64,000 bases of DNA, taken from contig NW_027122668.1 in assembly GCF_030686945.1 (NCBI RefSeq), positions 124,099 to 188,098 on the forward strand, in the 5' to 3' direction. Shown here piece after piece: positions 27,401 through 38,759 of the stretch; the stretch's first letter is position 1, and every line of letters starts with the position of its first letter. This DNA is from Centruroides vittatus (Eukaryota). Both the position numbers and the translations under genes were made by a program. Below the pieces are notes generated by a model, which worked only from the letters and a program-made list of their open reading frames with translations, did no database searches and was not told the DNA's origin.

Positions 27401-30400
27401 TATAATCGACACTCCGTAACCGACCCCCTTTCCCGCTCTCGTCGTCCTTTTATTGTCTCTGGTCACGTTTTGCTTTTTCACCAACCAGCGTTATTTGAGT
27501 GTTGTTCCTCATGATTCATGTTTTCTCCATGGATCCAAACAATAAAACATTTTATGGCGAGTGATTTTGGTTCCGGCAGGTTTGAATTTTCACAATATTT
27601 TATACATATATCATGGCATAAATATAGTTTTCCACAGTAAACTTAATTTAGAATTCCAGTTAAAAATTGATTTTAACCAAATATAGTTTTTAAATTATCA
27701 AAATAACTTTTCAATTTTGAATACAGGTACTCCTCACTTTACGATCGAGTTCCGTTCCGATGACTACATCGTTAAGCGAATTGGTCGATAAGTGGGGAGC
27801 TTGCTCCAGGAGTATAGGATCGTTGTAAAATTATCCAAATTATTCAACAAACTTCAAATTTATTCATAAAAAGACTATTATAGTACGCTATTAGCATATT
27901 ATAGTACTATAAGACTATTATAGTATGCTTAGTGCACATGTCACCATTTGCCACTGAACGACACTCAAGCTGAGAAAGGGGATTCCCTGAATTGCAGGTC
28001 GAAACTCGATTGGTCGTAAGTGAAAGTGGTCGTTAAGCAGATAGGTCATAAAGTGAGGAGTACCTGTAAAGTTAAGAAAATAGTTAGCAAGAATGTATGG
28101 CTCCACTTCATCAAAATATGGAAACTGAATAGCTCAAGCTCAAAATAGCTGCTTTAAAGTGACTTTCTGGGCTGTTCACTATGCTTTCTCAAATTTCTTT
28201 CATCGTCACTTTCGTGCAGATGCTCAGCTTTTCGAGTTTTTCGAGCTTTTCGAGTCAGACTTACCAATGGTCATTTTCCTATTTCTTAAACTGTTTAGAA
28301 AGTAATTTGGTGATTATACAATCTGGTGCTCGTGAAGTTTCGCACTCGTATTTCTGATGTTTTATACCACGTAACAGTATCTTTTCGATGCTGGTTCATA
28401 AGTGTAGAAATAGCCATTTTTGACATGTTACTGTAGTAATAACAATAATAATAATGGGCAGTATGACAGTAAAACATTATTAATTTACAGTTAAAATCTT
28501 TTAAAGTGTATGTAATAACCTTGTTGAAATGTAAAGAATATAGAAATTAACTTTCTACAGTTCATACAGTAAAATTTAAGACAAAATTTATTGGAAATTT
28601 TGCAATTTAACCGAATTAAAATTTTTATTTCCTGAAATACATTTAATTAATAATTGATTTTAAAAAACTTAGTTAAAATGTCACAAAGTTTTTCCTATTG
28701 TGAATTGTCAGATAGAGTTAATATGATACAGAAATAATTAATTTTTAGAAATAAGTTTTTACTTTATATTTTTGAAATCAATATTTTCAAATCAAAATTT
28801 TAAAATTTCTATAACTATAGACGATTTTATTTAAAACAGGGAGATAAATCATTCTTTTTACATCCTGGCGAACATTTGGAAGCTGGTATTCAAGAAATAC
28901 ATGTGTTGAGCGATAACGAAGGGCTTGTTTTACGTGCAAAAGAAGCTTTTGTAGATACCACCGTAACACCTGTAAGAAAGACTTTTTTCCTCGTTTATCA
29001 GTTTAATAATCATATTAACTATAAATGGGTATAATTTTACAACTTTGAAAACTTTTTATTTTAAAGGCAGTTCAGCGTCAGCCAGGAGATAGATGGATGA
29101 TCAGTGGTGCAGCAGAATATATACCTCCAAACGAAGTAGAAATTTTAGCGAAAAGAAATGCTATTCCTCTTGATGAAAATGAAGGAATATACGTTAGAAA
29201 TATTAAAACTGGAAAGGTAAGAGGAAATTTTTAAAAATTTTAGATAAATATGTTTTATCATTATAAGAAAGTTAGTTGGCTAAAAGTTTTATTTCTTTCA
29301 GCTATATTTTAATCTCAATAATAATGATAGAATGTACCTGTACATATTCTATTTAATAATAGATATTATGATAAATATTTTATTAACTGGATAAATAAGA
29401 CTACAATATAATATGAATTAAGAGTTCTGCCTTGGGCATGCGAGGCCATGCAGAGCAGTTTCTCCAGTGTGGTGGAGTCTGTAAACAAAAAGTCCAACTC
29501 CAGGAAATTTGTATGGTGTGACTCCTACCTCAGTTTTTTTTTTTTAAAGTAACACTAAGTAGATTCCTTTTTTAAGAAAGACATCATGTGCAGTGCCTGA
29601 ATATTTTATTTAACATTTCTCTATAAAATGTTTTTACTAAAATTTGATGATGGTAAGAATCAAAAAATGGATATAGCAAATTTACCTCAAAAACCTTTAG
29701 AGTACATAAACACACATCTTAATAGCCAAAAGAATTCCACTTTTATTAGTTAATTATGAAAAGTTGATTTTAAATTTAATTATTTTAAAGAAGAAAAATT
29801 AAATACAATAAATGCAAAAAATAACGATTTGATGACTGACGTAATAGCGAGGTTGAGGCCGAAGTTTTAAATGCGAAAACGTGTAAGAAAACGGACGTTC
29901 GGCACCGCTTTCCTGTAAGCCTAGAAGTTTTACAATGGTGTTTGGTGTCAGTGGAATCACGCTCGACATTCCAAATGCCATTGTCAAACTTCTAGGCTTA
30001 TCGGAAAGTGGCACCGAACGTCAGTCTTACACGTTTTTGCGTTTAAAACTTCTGCCTCAATCTTTTTAATAAATTGGTTCATAAAATAGTTTCTCCTGCT
30101 CTGGCTAGTTGACTAAACTGAAATATACAGTAGAATTTAAAGAAAAATATTTTTTTTTTCCAAATTTTGTCATCTTGGACCAATGGGTGCAGTCATACCC
30201 TGAGAACTTAAACCAGTGAAAAATAAGCTGGAACAATCTTATTAATTAAATTTTGTAGATTTCTCCTTTCTTAGTTTGTTGCAGTTAGATTCTGATCTTT
30301 GTTTTACTTTTTTCATTGATTTTTCTATTGACTGTTTTAAGACCAAATTATGATATCAAAGCTATAATAAATTACTCAAAACCAATAGAAGGGCAGTGAA

Positions 30401-33400
30401 AAAATTAATCAATCAAATTAGTAAAAAAAAAGTTGATATCCAAAGTAAAACATCTAAGATGTAAAAAATTATGGCACCCAAAATGAAAGTCAAATTTTTT
30501 TTTCTTGGGCTTCTCTTTGGTAAAGATGAGCTTAGCTTTTCGAAGCGATACCACATGCATTTACTTTCCAGGCGCAATCCCACGACTAACTACAAGTAAT
30601 CACTTGTAGTTAGTCGTGTTAGATTAATACAGATTAGTGGTGGAAATAGTGATTTTTATCCACTTGTCACTGGTGGGCCGTAGCTTTTACTAATTTATTT
30701 TCTGAAAGTACACACATCATGTATGAAACGACCTTTATGATTAATATCATTTTGATATCTAAATTAATTGAAGAGTCCATTTTCTAAGAAATTTCTTTAG
30801 ATACTAATTAAAAAGTGTATTTTTTTTTTTTTTTTACTTCACATTTTACAAATAGTAAACTTTGAGGTTGGAGTCAAAAGAATTTTACTGACTCCACAAC
30901 ACTTGTTTCTCCTCCTATTTTTGAATGTCCACTTGATATTTATACATGTGTAAATCATCTTATTTCACTACCAAATAAAATCTTTGTAATAATGCTAGTG
31001 ATAACTTTTAAAAAATAAAGCAAAATAATCACTAGTATTATTAAAAATAAAAAATAATTACAGACTTTAATAGCTCACTAGATAATATATTTAAGTATTA
31101 ATGTTTATATTATTTTTAACAAAAAAATGAAAATAGGTTCGTGCAGTCTGTGGAGAAACGTACATGATGAATCAAGATGAAGAACTTTGGGAAAAAGAGC
31201 TGTCGCCAAATGTCGAATCACTTTTGTCGGCTCATTACGATCCGATGGCCGATCGTGGACGGTGGGCAGATAAACAGTCTGCTACTTCTGCTGTTTCCAG
31301 AGATAAAACAAGAGTAATAACTTTTCGTGTGCCACATAATGCAGCGATTCAGATATATGATTACAAAGGGAAAAAAGCACGGTAAGTTGAAAATTTCACA
31401 AAAATACAGTAAGACATTATAATTTTTTTTTTTTTTTTTCCAATTTCTAAATTATTTCATATTTAAATTATGATTTAAATGTATTTCAAATTGTTTAGAA
31501 CAATATACTGAATATTACACAAAAATTGTTTGTAATTTTTAAATTTCATTTTCAAAATAGTGTGGTTTTTGGTCCAGAATTGGTTATGTTGGGACCGGAC
31601 GAACAGTTTACGCAACTAAGTTTATCAGGTCACAAGCCAAAAAAGCCTAATGTGATTCGGTCTTTGTGTCTTCTTCTGGGACCAGATTTTTGTACTGATG
31701 TCATTACTGTTGAAACAGCCGACCATGCTCGCTTACAACTTCAGCTTGCATATAATTGGTAAAAATTTCGGATAATTGTATAAGAAAATCTGAATAGTGT
31801 TTTTGATACTTTGATGATTTAAATTAAGAATATAATTGTTTTTAAATAATTGAAAATAATTTTATGTCGATAATTATTGTTATTTATTATTTAGGCACTT
31901 TGATGTAAGTCAAAAGGATGACGCGACAGCTTCTAAATTATTTGCGGTACCAGATTTTATTGGTGATCTTTGTAAAGCCGTAGCATCTCGCATTAGAGGA
32001 GCCATAGCATCGACTAATTTCGATGACTTTCATAAGGTTAGTAATTATTGTTGATGAAACACCGTTAATAATTTTGAGAATCCGATAACATTTTATGGAA
32101 TTGTTAAACAGAATTCTGCTACAATCATCAGAGCTGCAGTTTTTGGCTATGATTCTGATAGAAAGATCAGAAATAGATTAATCTTTCCACAGAATAATTT
32201 AGTAGTAACTAGTGTAGATATACAAAGTGTAGAACCTGTAGATCAGCGAACTAGAGATTCTCTTCAAAAATCAGTACAACTTGCAATTGAGATAACAACT
32301 CAAAGTCAAGAAGCAGCTGCCAGGTAACAAAGAAATGATGATTAAAATGCTTTATTAAATGTATATATTTTTTGTTTATTAATATTTTACATACTTTATA
32401 GACATGAAGCAGAAAGAAGAGAACAAGAAGCCAGAGGAAAATTGGAAAGACAAAGAATTTCCGACGAAGTAGAATCCGAACGAAGTCGTAAGGATCTTTT
32501 AGAATTACAGGCAGCTAGCATGGCAGTAGAAAGCTGCGGACAGGCAAAGGCAGAAGCAAAAAGCAAAGCCGAAGCCCTGAGAATTGAAGCAGAAACAGCC
32601 GTCGAACAAGCTAAATTGAAAGTTGATGCTATGACAATTGAAGCAGTATGAATCTTTTATGTTCCTTTTAATAGTTTTTCATTTATTGTAATAATCATAA
32701 TAATAGAAAAATAGAAAACTGAAATCATTTTCTAATATATTAATATTAAAGTTTCCTTTTATTTCTATTACATCAGATAGTTTTCAAACATTGCATTTGT
32801 TCAAATTTTTTTTATAGTGAATAATTTTGACTTTAGATATTTTCCTACTATCCTCTATTAGACAGGCTTGAATTAAACTTTATAAATACATTGAAATAAT
32901 TATTTAAGAAATGTTTTTAAATTGCTGCTGTTATATTTAAATAATTTCTTAAAAGGAAGCAGAATTGGAAAGATTGATGAAGGCCAGAGATGCCGAAATC
33001 AGTTATCTTCGCGAACAAGATGAATTGCAGATTAAGAAATCAAAAGAATTGGCAGAAATAGACGTACAGAAATGCAAGGATATAATAAGTGCTCTTGGAC
33101 CCGACACAATTCGTGCCATAGCTCTGGCAGGACCAGAACTACAGGTAAATTGATACGATATAAAATAGTTAATAATTCATAGTAGAGCTTCAGTTTTAAA
33201 ATAGTTTATCATATAAAAACAAATATCAAAATGATATTGCCAAGAAGTTGTTTCTTAATTACTTAATGAAATATTTACAAATATATAATTGACTACAATT
33301 TTGAGTTTACTTTTGAAAGTCTGTCTGTTCAGTCTGAGTTCAAGCTGAAGAAATACACATGTATGAACACCTATGTGTAAACTACATGCATTTCAGCTTT

Positions 33401-33620
33401 TCTAGTTCTTTATAATAAAATGAAAAGTTTATTTGCAAGAAACTCAAACAATATTGTCATAAATTCATTTTATTTTCAGGTAAAGATTCTTCAAGGACTT
33501 GGACTTCATACAACTCTCATCACTGATGGAAATTGCCCCATAAATTTATTTAATACTGCACAAGGATTGATAGGAAATTCCTTATTGGAACCACCCACTA
33601 AAATACAAAAGGTCGAATGA
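18456..33620 (+). CDS. MVP: Major vault protein, copy 1: intact 14-exon gene, 858 aa
   Basis: The translated exons match the MVP family end to end: [33 protein letters not shown]; [15 protein letters not shown]...[22 protein letters not shown]; [23 protein letters not shown]; [14 protein letters not shown]; [16 protein letters not shown]; [19 protein letters not shown]; RVVFGPELV...[32 protein letters not shown]; IRGAIAS..FDDFH; [33 protein letters not shown]; LLELQA.SMAVES.G.AKAEA.S.AEA.RIE; ALGP.TIR..A.AGPE.QVK.LQ.LGL..TLITDG..PINLF. Exons: join(18456..18598, 21464..21659, 25751..25871, 26183..26409, 26512..26748, 28840..28971, 29067..29216, 31137..31381, 31561..31758, 31895..32036, 32112..32323, 32402..32645, 32956..33144, 33480..33620). 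All introns are GT-AG with consistent phase. The total is 2577 nt, or 859 codons including the tga stop at 33618..33620. An acceptor, tgtttag|, immediately before the ATG exon implies an untranslated exon further upstream. Confidence 0.88.
19829..19856. repeat. (TTAG)7 microsatellite, present in copy 1 only
   Basis: The run tagttagttagttagttagttagttag is absent from the matching position in copy 2 (about 44990). Confidence 0.6.
20994..21420. mobile_element. Tc1/mariner-like MITE (TIR cagtagagcgtcgaaaagtggaac, TA duplication), present in copy 1 only, 43 bp upstream of MVP exon 2
   Basis: Filled site: aaataaa ta|cagtagagcgtcg...cgacgctctactg|ta ctataattt. The empty site in copy 2 (about 46735) reads aaataaatactataattt. 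The exon 2 acceptor is at 21463. Confidence 0.6.
22504..22727. mobile_element. Palindromic 225-bp MITE (same family as 6626..6854) in MVP intron 2
   Basis: tagtgaggttgaggcagaagttttaaacgtgaaaacgtg ... its reverse complement. The duplicated image is at 47816..48038. Confidence 0.55.
23479..23735. mobile_element. hAT-like MITE (TIR cagggccggcc, 8-bp duplication tgtgcaga), present in copy 1 only
   Basis: tgtgcaga|cagggccggccttctcg ... gatggccggccctg|tgtgcaga. Copy 2 (about 48910) has the empty site gactgtgtagaagttaattc. Confidence 0.55.
27011..27599. other. Copy-1-specific insertion of about 590 bp (GC-rich, unknown nature) in MVP intron 5
   Basis: Copy 2 (about 52110) reads ttaatatt|ttatacat without interruption. 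Copy 1 has gtgggtgcgcctggaagtgg...ggtttgaattttcacaatatt inserted between the direct repeats aatatt. It has no recognisable TIR, tail or coding signal. ORF 27317..27514 is unsupported. Confidence 0.4.
29844..30062. mobile_element. Palindromic 225-bp MITE (same family) in MVP intron 7
   Basis: tagcgaggttgaggccgaagttttaaatgcgaaaacgtgtaag ... its reverse complement. The duplicated image is at 54352..54570. Confidence 0.55.
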
Positions 33621-35473
33621 TTTTTCAGTACGTAAATATAGTAATTCACCACCTCCTTAACAAGTTACTGAATATTTCTTTGTCTGCAGGAATAAGGAAC
33701 TCGCTAAGGCCAATGTAAAATTGGATGACTGCCATTTTCATTCCTTAAAATAATTACTGTTACTTGCAAGTGTTAATGAAGTTTAAGACTGTGTGCAAAC
33801 TCAGATTTGACATTATTTTGTTGTTGAAATATGAGCATTCTATTTTTAATACTAATGATACAAATTGTTGTTTAAAATCAAATATATTTTTCTGCTTTTG
33901 CAATTTCTGTAAAATTAAACAGCTTTTCAAGTTTGTCTACATACCATGTGAGGGAAATTGATGTGCTTATAACAAATAAAAATGTATGCAGATGTTGATT
34001 ATTTATTTATCTAAATACATCTGCTAGTAGAATATATATATATATATTTATTCTACTAGCAGGCCAGTGTTGCCCAGGTAAAAAGTAATACAAATAAATA
34101 TTAAAATTTAAGCATTGCATAATAATTAATGGGGCTTTATTAGGTTTAATGCATTATTATATAATTTTCACTGCATCAAATTGAAATTATAGGATTCCAG
34201 AGGATTTCATCCATAACAATTACCCCTGCAGACCCAGCAATGTTTGGGACCCACAATTGGAAGAAATTTTAAGTTGGTAAGAAAGTGCAGTGAGATTTTA
34301 CATTGAAAGTTCTGTAAAGAATATTTTGTACATTTCATTACAGTAGCAAATCTTAAGGTGTTTTTTTGTATATGTAAAATTATCTATATCTACCCAAATG
34401 TTGGTTATTTGGAAAACATTATTGTTTGTATTGTTTCCAGGGAAAATAAATTTATTTGTAAATAATGTCATTGCTAACAAACTATTAGTTTAAGATGCTA
34501 AACTAGTTGATAAGTTATCTTTGGGTTCTGTAAAACTGACAAAGACAAGAGGATGCAATGTTATAACCAGTTTTCTTTTAATGAAAACAATGTTATGTGA
34601 AAATATGCCTTCCTTTCGTCTTCACAATAACTAAGTCCCAAGAGACCTATATTCCGCAACTTTTTTCTAAATTCTTTCCACCTTGTAGACATCGTTTTTT
34701 TTCCTCTATACCCATTGTGGGTTTGACCACACCCACAATGGAGACCAACAAGGGGTGAGGGATGGGATCTAACATGAGTTTAACTAAATGGGAAAACTCT
34801 GGGGCATTGCTTGCCCAGATTCAAGCCTGTCCCCAGAATGTTAGGCTTTACTGCCTTGGCCATCCAACCATCTCATGTTTCTTAACTATCTATGGGAAAC
34901 ATGTATATGCCGAAATTGGTTTTAACAGGAACGTAGACAAAGCATTCTCTCTAATAATGGTCAGATGGACGAGGTAGTTAAGGCATCAGCCCACTGCTCT
35001 GGGGATCCAAGATTGAATTCAGGTGGTCAAAAAAGATTTACTCATGGATCAGGTAAAAGATGAGCTCTTCAAAAAATTTGCAAGGTCCCTACTGTTTTCC
35101 ATTAAAGTACTGCAAGTTAGCTTATATTTTCTGCAAGATCCTAGTAACTGAAAAATTTGGTTTGATCAGTCAGATGGCTTAGAAGTGTACAGAGAACATA
35201 CAGGCAACAAATACACTATTTCTTATATGTAATTAAAACATAATTAGCAAATTCTGAATTATAAGTCAATATTGAAGATGATGATAATAATTAATATAAT
35301 GTGTAGCAAATCAACAACAAGAAGATCTTATGGATTTTATACATTATCAATACTACACCTTAAATTCTTGTATAGAGTTAATTTTCTTCTTTTCTGTATT
35401 GTTGGCATGCCATTAACTTCTCATAGATGTGCTAAAAAATTTCATTAGATAATGCTAATAAAATATTTGTATA

Positions 35474-35805
35474 CAGGGTGGGCAGCGAAAACGAAACGGC
35501 AGAGTGTTCGTGTTCGTCCAATCAAATCGCTCGGACAGGTCGATTTTATTCTCGAGGGAACATCTTATGCAATAAAGTTTTTGCAAATCTGAATATTAAC
35601 TAAACAAACATTTTTTTTCCGAAATAAATGTTTGTTTACTTAATACAAAATAAATGAGTTTTTAAATTTTTTTGTTGTCTGTTGTATTCAGAATCGCAAA
35701 AACATTATTGCAAAAGATGTCCCCTCGAGAATAAAATCGACCTGTCCGAGCGCTTTGCTTGGACGAACACGAACACTGCCGTTTCGTTTTCGCTGGCCCA
35801 CCCTG
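35474..35805. mobile_element. Foldback, mariner-like MITE (TIR cagggtgggcagcgaaaacgaaacggcagagtgttcgtgttcgtcc..., about 110-bp arms, TA duplication) lying just inside the 3' edge of duplication copy 1
   Basis: ta|cagggtgggcagcg...cgctggcccaccctg|ta. The arms are about 110-bp inverted repeats around an AT-rich centre. The identical element closes copy 2 at 59996..60329. The two copies share only the 6-bp TATATA after the MITE right TIR (35806..35811 and 60330..60335) and then become unrelated. Confidence 0.6.
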
Positions 35806-35814
35806 TATATAAAC

Positions 35815-37951
35815 TTATATAGAAAAAAGATATATTGCTACTAATGTATTCTATAATAGAGAGTAACTTATAAAAACCTCTACAATTATTTTATTTTCAA
35901 GATAAATTGTTACATAGAAATGATTTTCATTCATTATAACTATAAGTATTTAAAAATTACTAACCAGTAATGACTTTTCCAACAAATCTATTGACTTGAA
36001 AATTCTTCTAGAGATTAATAGTTTTCCCAAATTTTCTCTGGAATCTTCAGATAAAAATTTATTATGGTTTTTATAAATAAATGAAAAAACATATTAAAAT
36101 AATTAATAAATTAAAAGTTTTACTTAAAATGGCTGATAGTATTTTAATTAAAATTATGTATACACTGTATTTTTTAATTGGCCTATCAGTGAACGTTTTA
36201 ACTGTTTTACATAATTCTGCAGAGACGTAGTCTCAATAAAAGGGTGTCTGTGCGAACAAACACTGTTCTGGGTGATTAGACATGGCGGCAAGAAAGACCA
36301 CTTAGTTTTTTCAAATTTTTACCTAATAAGCAGTCGTAGAAAATATCTTGTGGGCAATAACAGACGAATTTATCTGCTAAATCATTCAATCCCGCATCAT
36401 CCAAATCTCGCAGAAGTTCTAAGAGTTCATCGGCGTATAATAGAAACAATGATTTAAAAGCTTCTATAAACCTACGAATTAATATATATTCCTCTTCTGA
36501 TTTCTTTCCTGAAAGATCATCAGATAAATATTAAGATTCGATCATAAAATTTTTGTATTAATTAATTTTTGAATCTTTCTTACCCAATTTCGAAGACTTG
36601 CAATATTTTAGTACTGAAATGTAACTGTTAATTCTGAGTTTCTTGAATTTGTTACAACATGGTATTAAATATTTAATTATTTTAAAGAATTTTACGATGT
36701 CATCGTCTCCTTTCTGGTAGGGGAATAAGGTAAAATGTTCGAATTTGAACTTATTGTCAGCATATTTGAATGCGAAGTCGAGTAATACGAATTTGAAAAA
36801 CTTCACTTCATCCAGAGTTCTCTAAAAATTATTTAACGGGTTAATTTATCAATTGTTTTTAAATTTTACGAGTAAACTTTATACTCACCAAAAATTCGGA
36901 ATTTATATATTCTGTAGAGAATTCATGAACAAAAGATTCAACGTTTTCTATCATACTCATTGTGATAAAACATTTCATTTTATTCTTGTCATTCAGGCGC
37001 AAAAAATAGGAGCTTTCGGACATTGCCTAAAAATGAACCTTACCTACTTAAGATTATTTATTAAATTTTTGCATACTTATTATGTATAAAAATATTACTA
37101 AATTCTAAAATATACTCATGTATAATCACACGATAAGAGAGTATTGAGATATCCGCTTTCGAATTTGGTCCTTTTTTTGAGCGTGTTCGTCATTCGATTC
37201 ACATTCAAGCAAATTAAACCGATTCCTGAGAATAGTACTGAAATCAGCTTGATTTACATGGCTATGATGTTTGGAACATGCAAAGCACTTCCCATTATAA
37301 AAATGAGACAATCCGGATGAAACTCGAATCCGGACTCTAGGAGTAAGCCGATGCCCTGACTACAAGGCCATTTAAACATATTTTAGCATTCGGTAGAGAA
37401 ATTATAAAACAAATTCAGTTACTAGACTTAATTTGCAACTTAATTGCAAAAAACCAAAATGATGTCATTATTACAAATGCTAGCATATCACGTAATTTGC
37501 AAATAATGGAGAAAATGTCTAATGTTGAAGCAGAGATAAAGAATTAATAACATTATTAATATATAACTTAATTTAATTTTAATTAAAATAATAATTTTGT
37601 GCGAAATTTGGGCTATGATAGGTTCGTATACTAATGAAGGAATTAATATTATGGAAGTGCCTCTAGTTGTTACATAAGAAATTTTTTAATTTCAAATTAA
37701 TACGTGTGACATGAATAACTACAGATTATATCTGTCAACTACAATATTAAAATAGGAAAACTTACAAAATATATTTTTCTTCGGAATTTTTTGCATCGAA
37801 GAATTCCAGGAGATCGAATGGATTCCAAATTCGATTTCTTAATAACGTATAAAAGTTTTAAATTTGCTTCTGTATTAACTTCGGATTCATTTTCAGAAAC
37901 ATAATTTTTTTCCTCGGATTCCGTGTCCGAATCGATGCTCTCCTCCTCCAT
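35815..37951 (-). CDS. Unknown-family protein-coding gene, 6 exons, 287 aa, acidic Ser/Glu-rich N-terminus
   Basis: Reverse-strand exons join(37766..37951, 36889..37026, 36584..36821, 36323..36508, 35965..36044, 35815..35850). Every intron is GT-AG (donors gtaagt, gtgagt, gtaaga, gtaaaa, gttagt) with matching phases. The total is 864 nt, or 288 codons including the taa stop at 35815..35817. Protein: MEEESIDSDTESEEKNYVSENESEVNTEANLKLLYVIKKSNLESIRSPGILRCKKFRRKIYF / AMSESSYFLRLNDKNKMKCFITMSMIENVESFVHEFSTEYINSEFL / RTLDEVKFFKFVLLDFAFKYADNKFKFEHFTLFPYQKGDDDIVKFFKIIKYLIPCCNKFKKLRINSYISVLKYCKSSKL / GKKSEEEYILIRRFIEAFKSLFLLYADELLELLRDLDDAGLNDLADKFVCYCPQDIFYDCLL / GDSRENLGKLLISRRIFKSIDLLEKSLL / NTLVAIYLFSI. 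I do not recognise the family. Confidence 0.55.
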
Positions 37952-38759
37952 ATCATCTTTAAAATGAAATCAAATTGATTATAAATACGTATAAAAGATT
38001 AAGCAGAAATACTCGCATTGGCCAAGTTAAAAACAACCAAAATTTGAATTGTAATGTTTGTGTTTATTTCTTTCTTCCCAGTCAACCACTGCTAGTTGCC
38101 TGGAAAGAAATACTGTTTATACTAATGTCACCGTGAAAACTCTCCGTGCTGGTAATCTGCAATCAAACTATACAAAGTTTAAACCTTGTATAGTTTGGCA
38201 GTGAAGGGAAGTGTATTAACACCTAAATAGCGACTCGTGAAAGTTCTCCCGGGAGGCACCCCTCCTTGACAAATTGCCACGTGTTGCCCACCAAACTAAC
38301 AACGTAATTAAATGCCATACGGGTTTTACAAGTGGACAATCGTGTTTTGAGGAATTGAGGAACAAAATTGCTTGTATTGGCCCCCTCTTCCACTCATTTC
38401 ATTTTGTCAGTCTAATTTCATAACACCCTGTAAAATGTAAGAGTTTATAATAAAACATTCCTGAAAAATCTTCATTATTCGCCTTACTCAACTTTAAAAT
38501 TTCGCTATTTTAGTTTTATATTTACGTTTTTAGTAATTCGGTATCTAATTAGTGTTACTTTTTGGCCTTTTAATTTTTTAAATAATAAAATTTTTTTTAA
38601 ATAATAAAAAATTAATGTGTGTTTTGTGTATATAATTATAATTTAAAAAATGTAAATGCTAGTAACAAGTAAAGCCGGATGCACACATGCGGCGCGGCAA
38701 GGAAAAGCGGCAGAATGACGTCACTTTTAATTATTATGCCTTTGTGTCCTTAATTATAG

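Larger units (their letters stand above)
16790..35811 (+). repeat. Segmental duplication, copy 1 (about 19.0 kb), carrying a complete MVP gene with about 1.6 kb upstream and 2.2 kb downstream
   Basis: Collinear with 40908..60335 over its full length. Matching ORF pairs sit at constant offsets: 21471 to 46782, 26590 to 51750, 31526 to 56048, 34762 to 59284. The offset steps from about 24.1 to 25.3 to 24.5 kb because of copy-specific indels. Shared sequence begins near ggttgtcattttgacattttaag (16817 and 40929) and ends with TATATA immediately after the MITE at 35474..35805 (59996..60329 in copy 2). Confidence 0.85.

Noticed and set aside
37290-37375. tRNA-like fragment (ggccttgtagtcagggcatcggcttactcctagagtccggattcgag on the reverse strand)
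   Set aside because: It cannot be folded into a complete cloverleaf: there is no canonical T-loop or anticodon stem. It is probably a degraded SINE head, not a tRNA gene. ORF 37126..37311 overlaps it and is unsupported.
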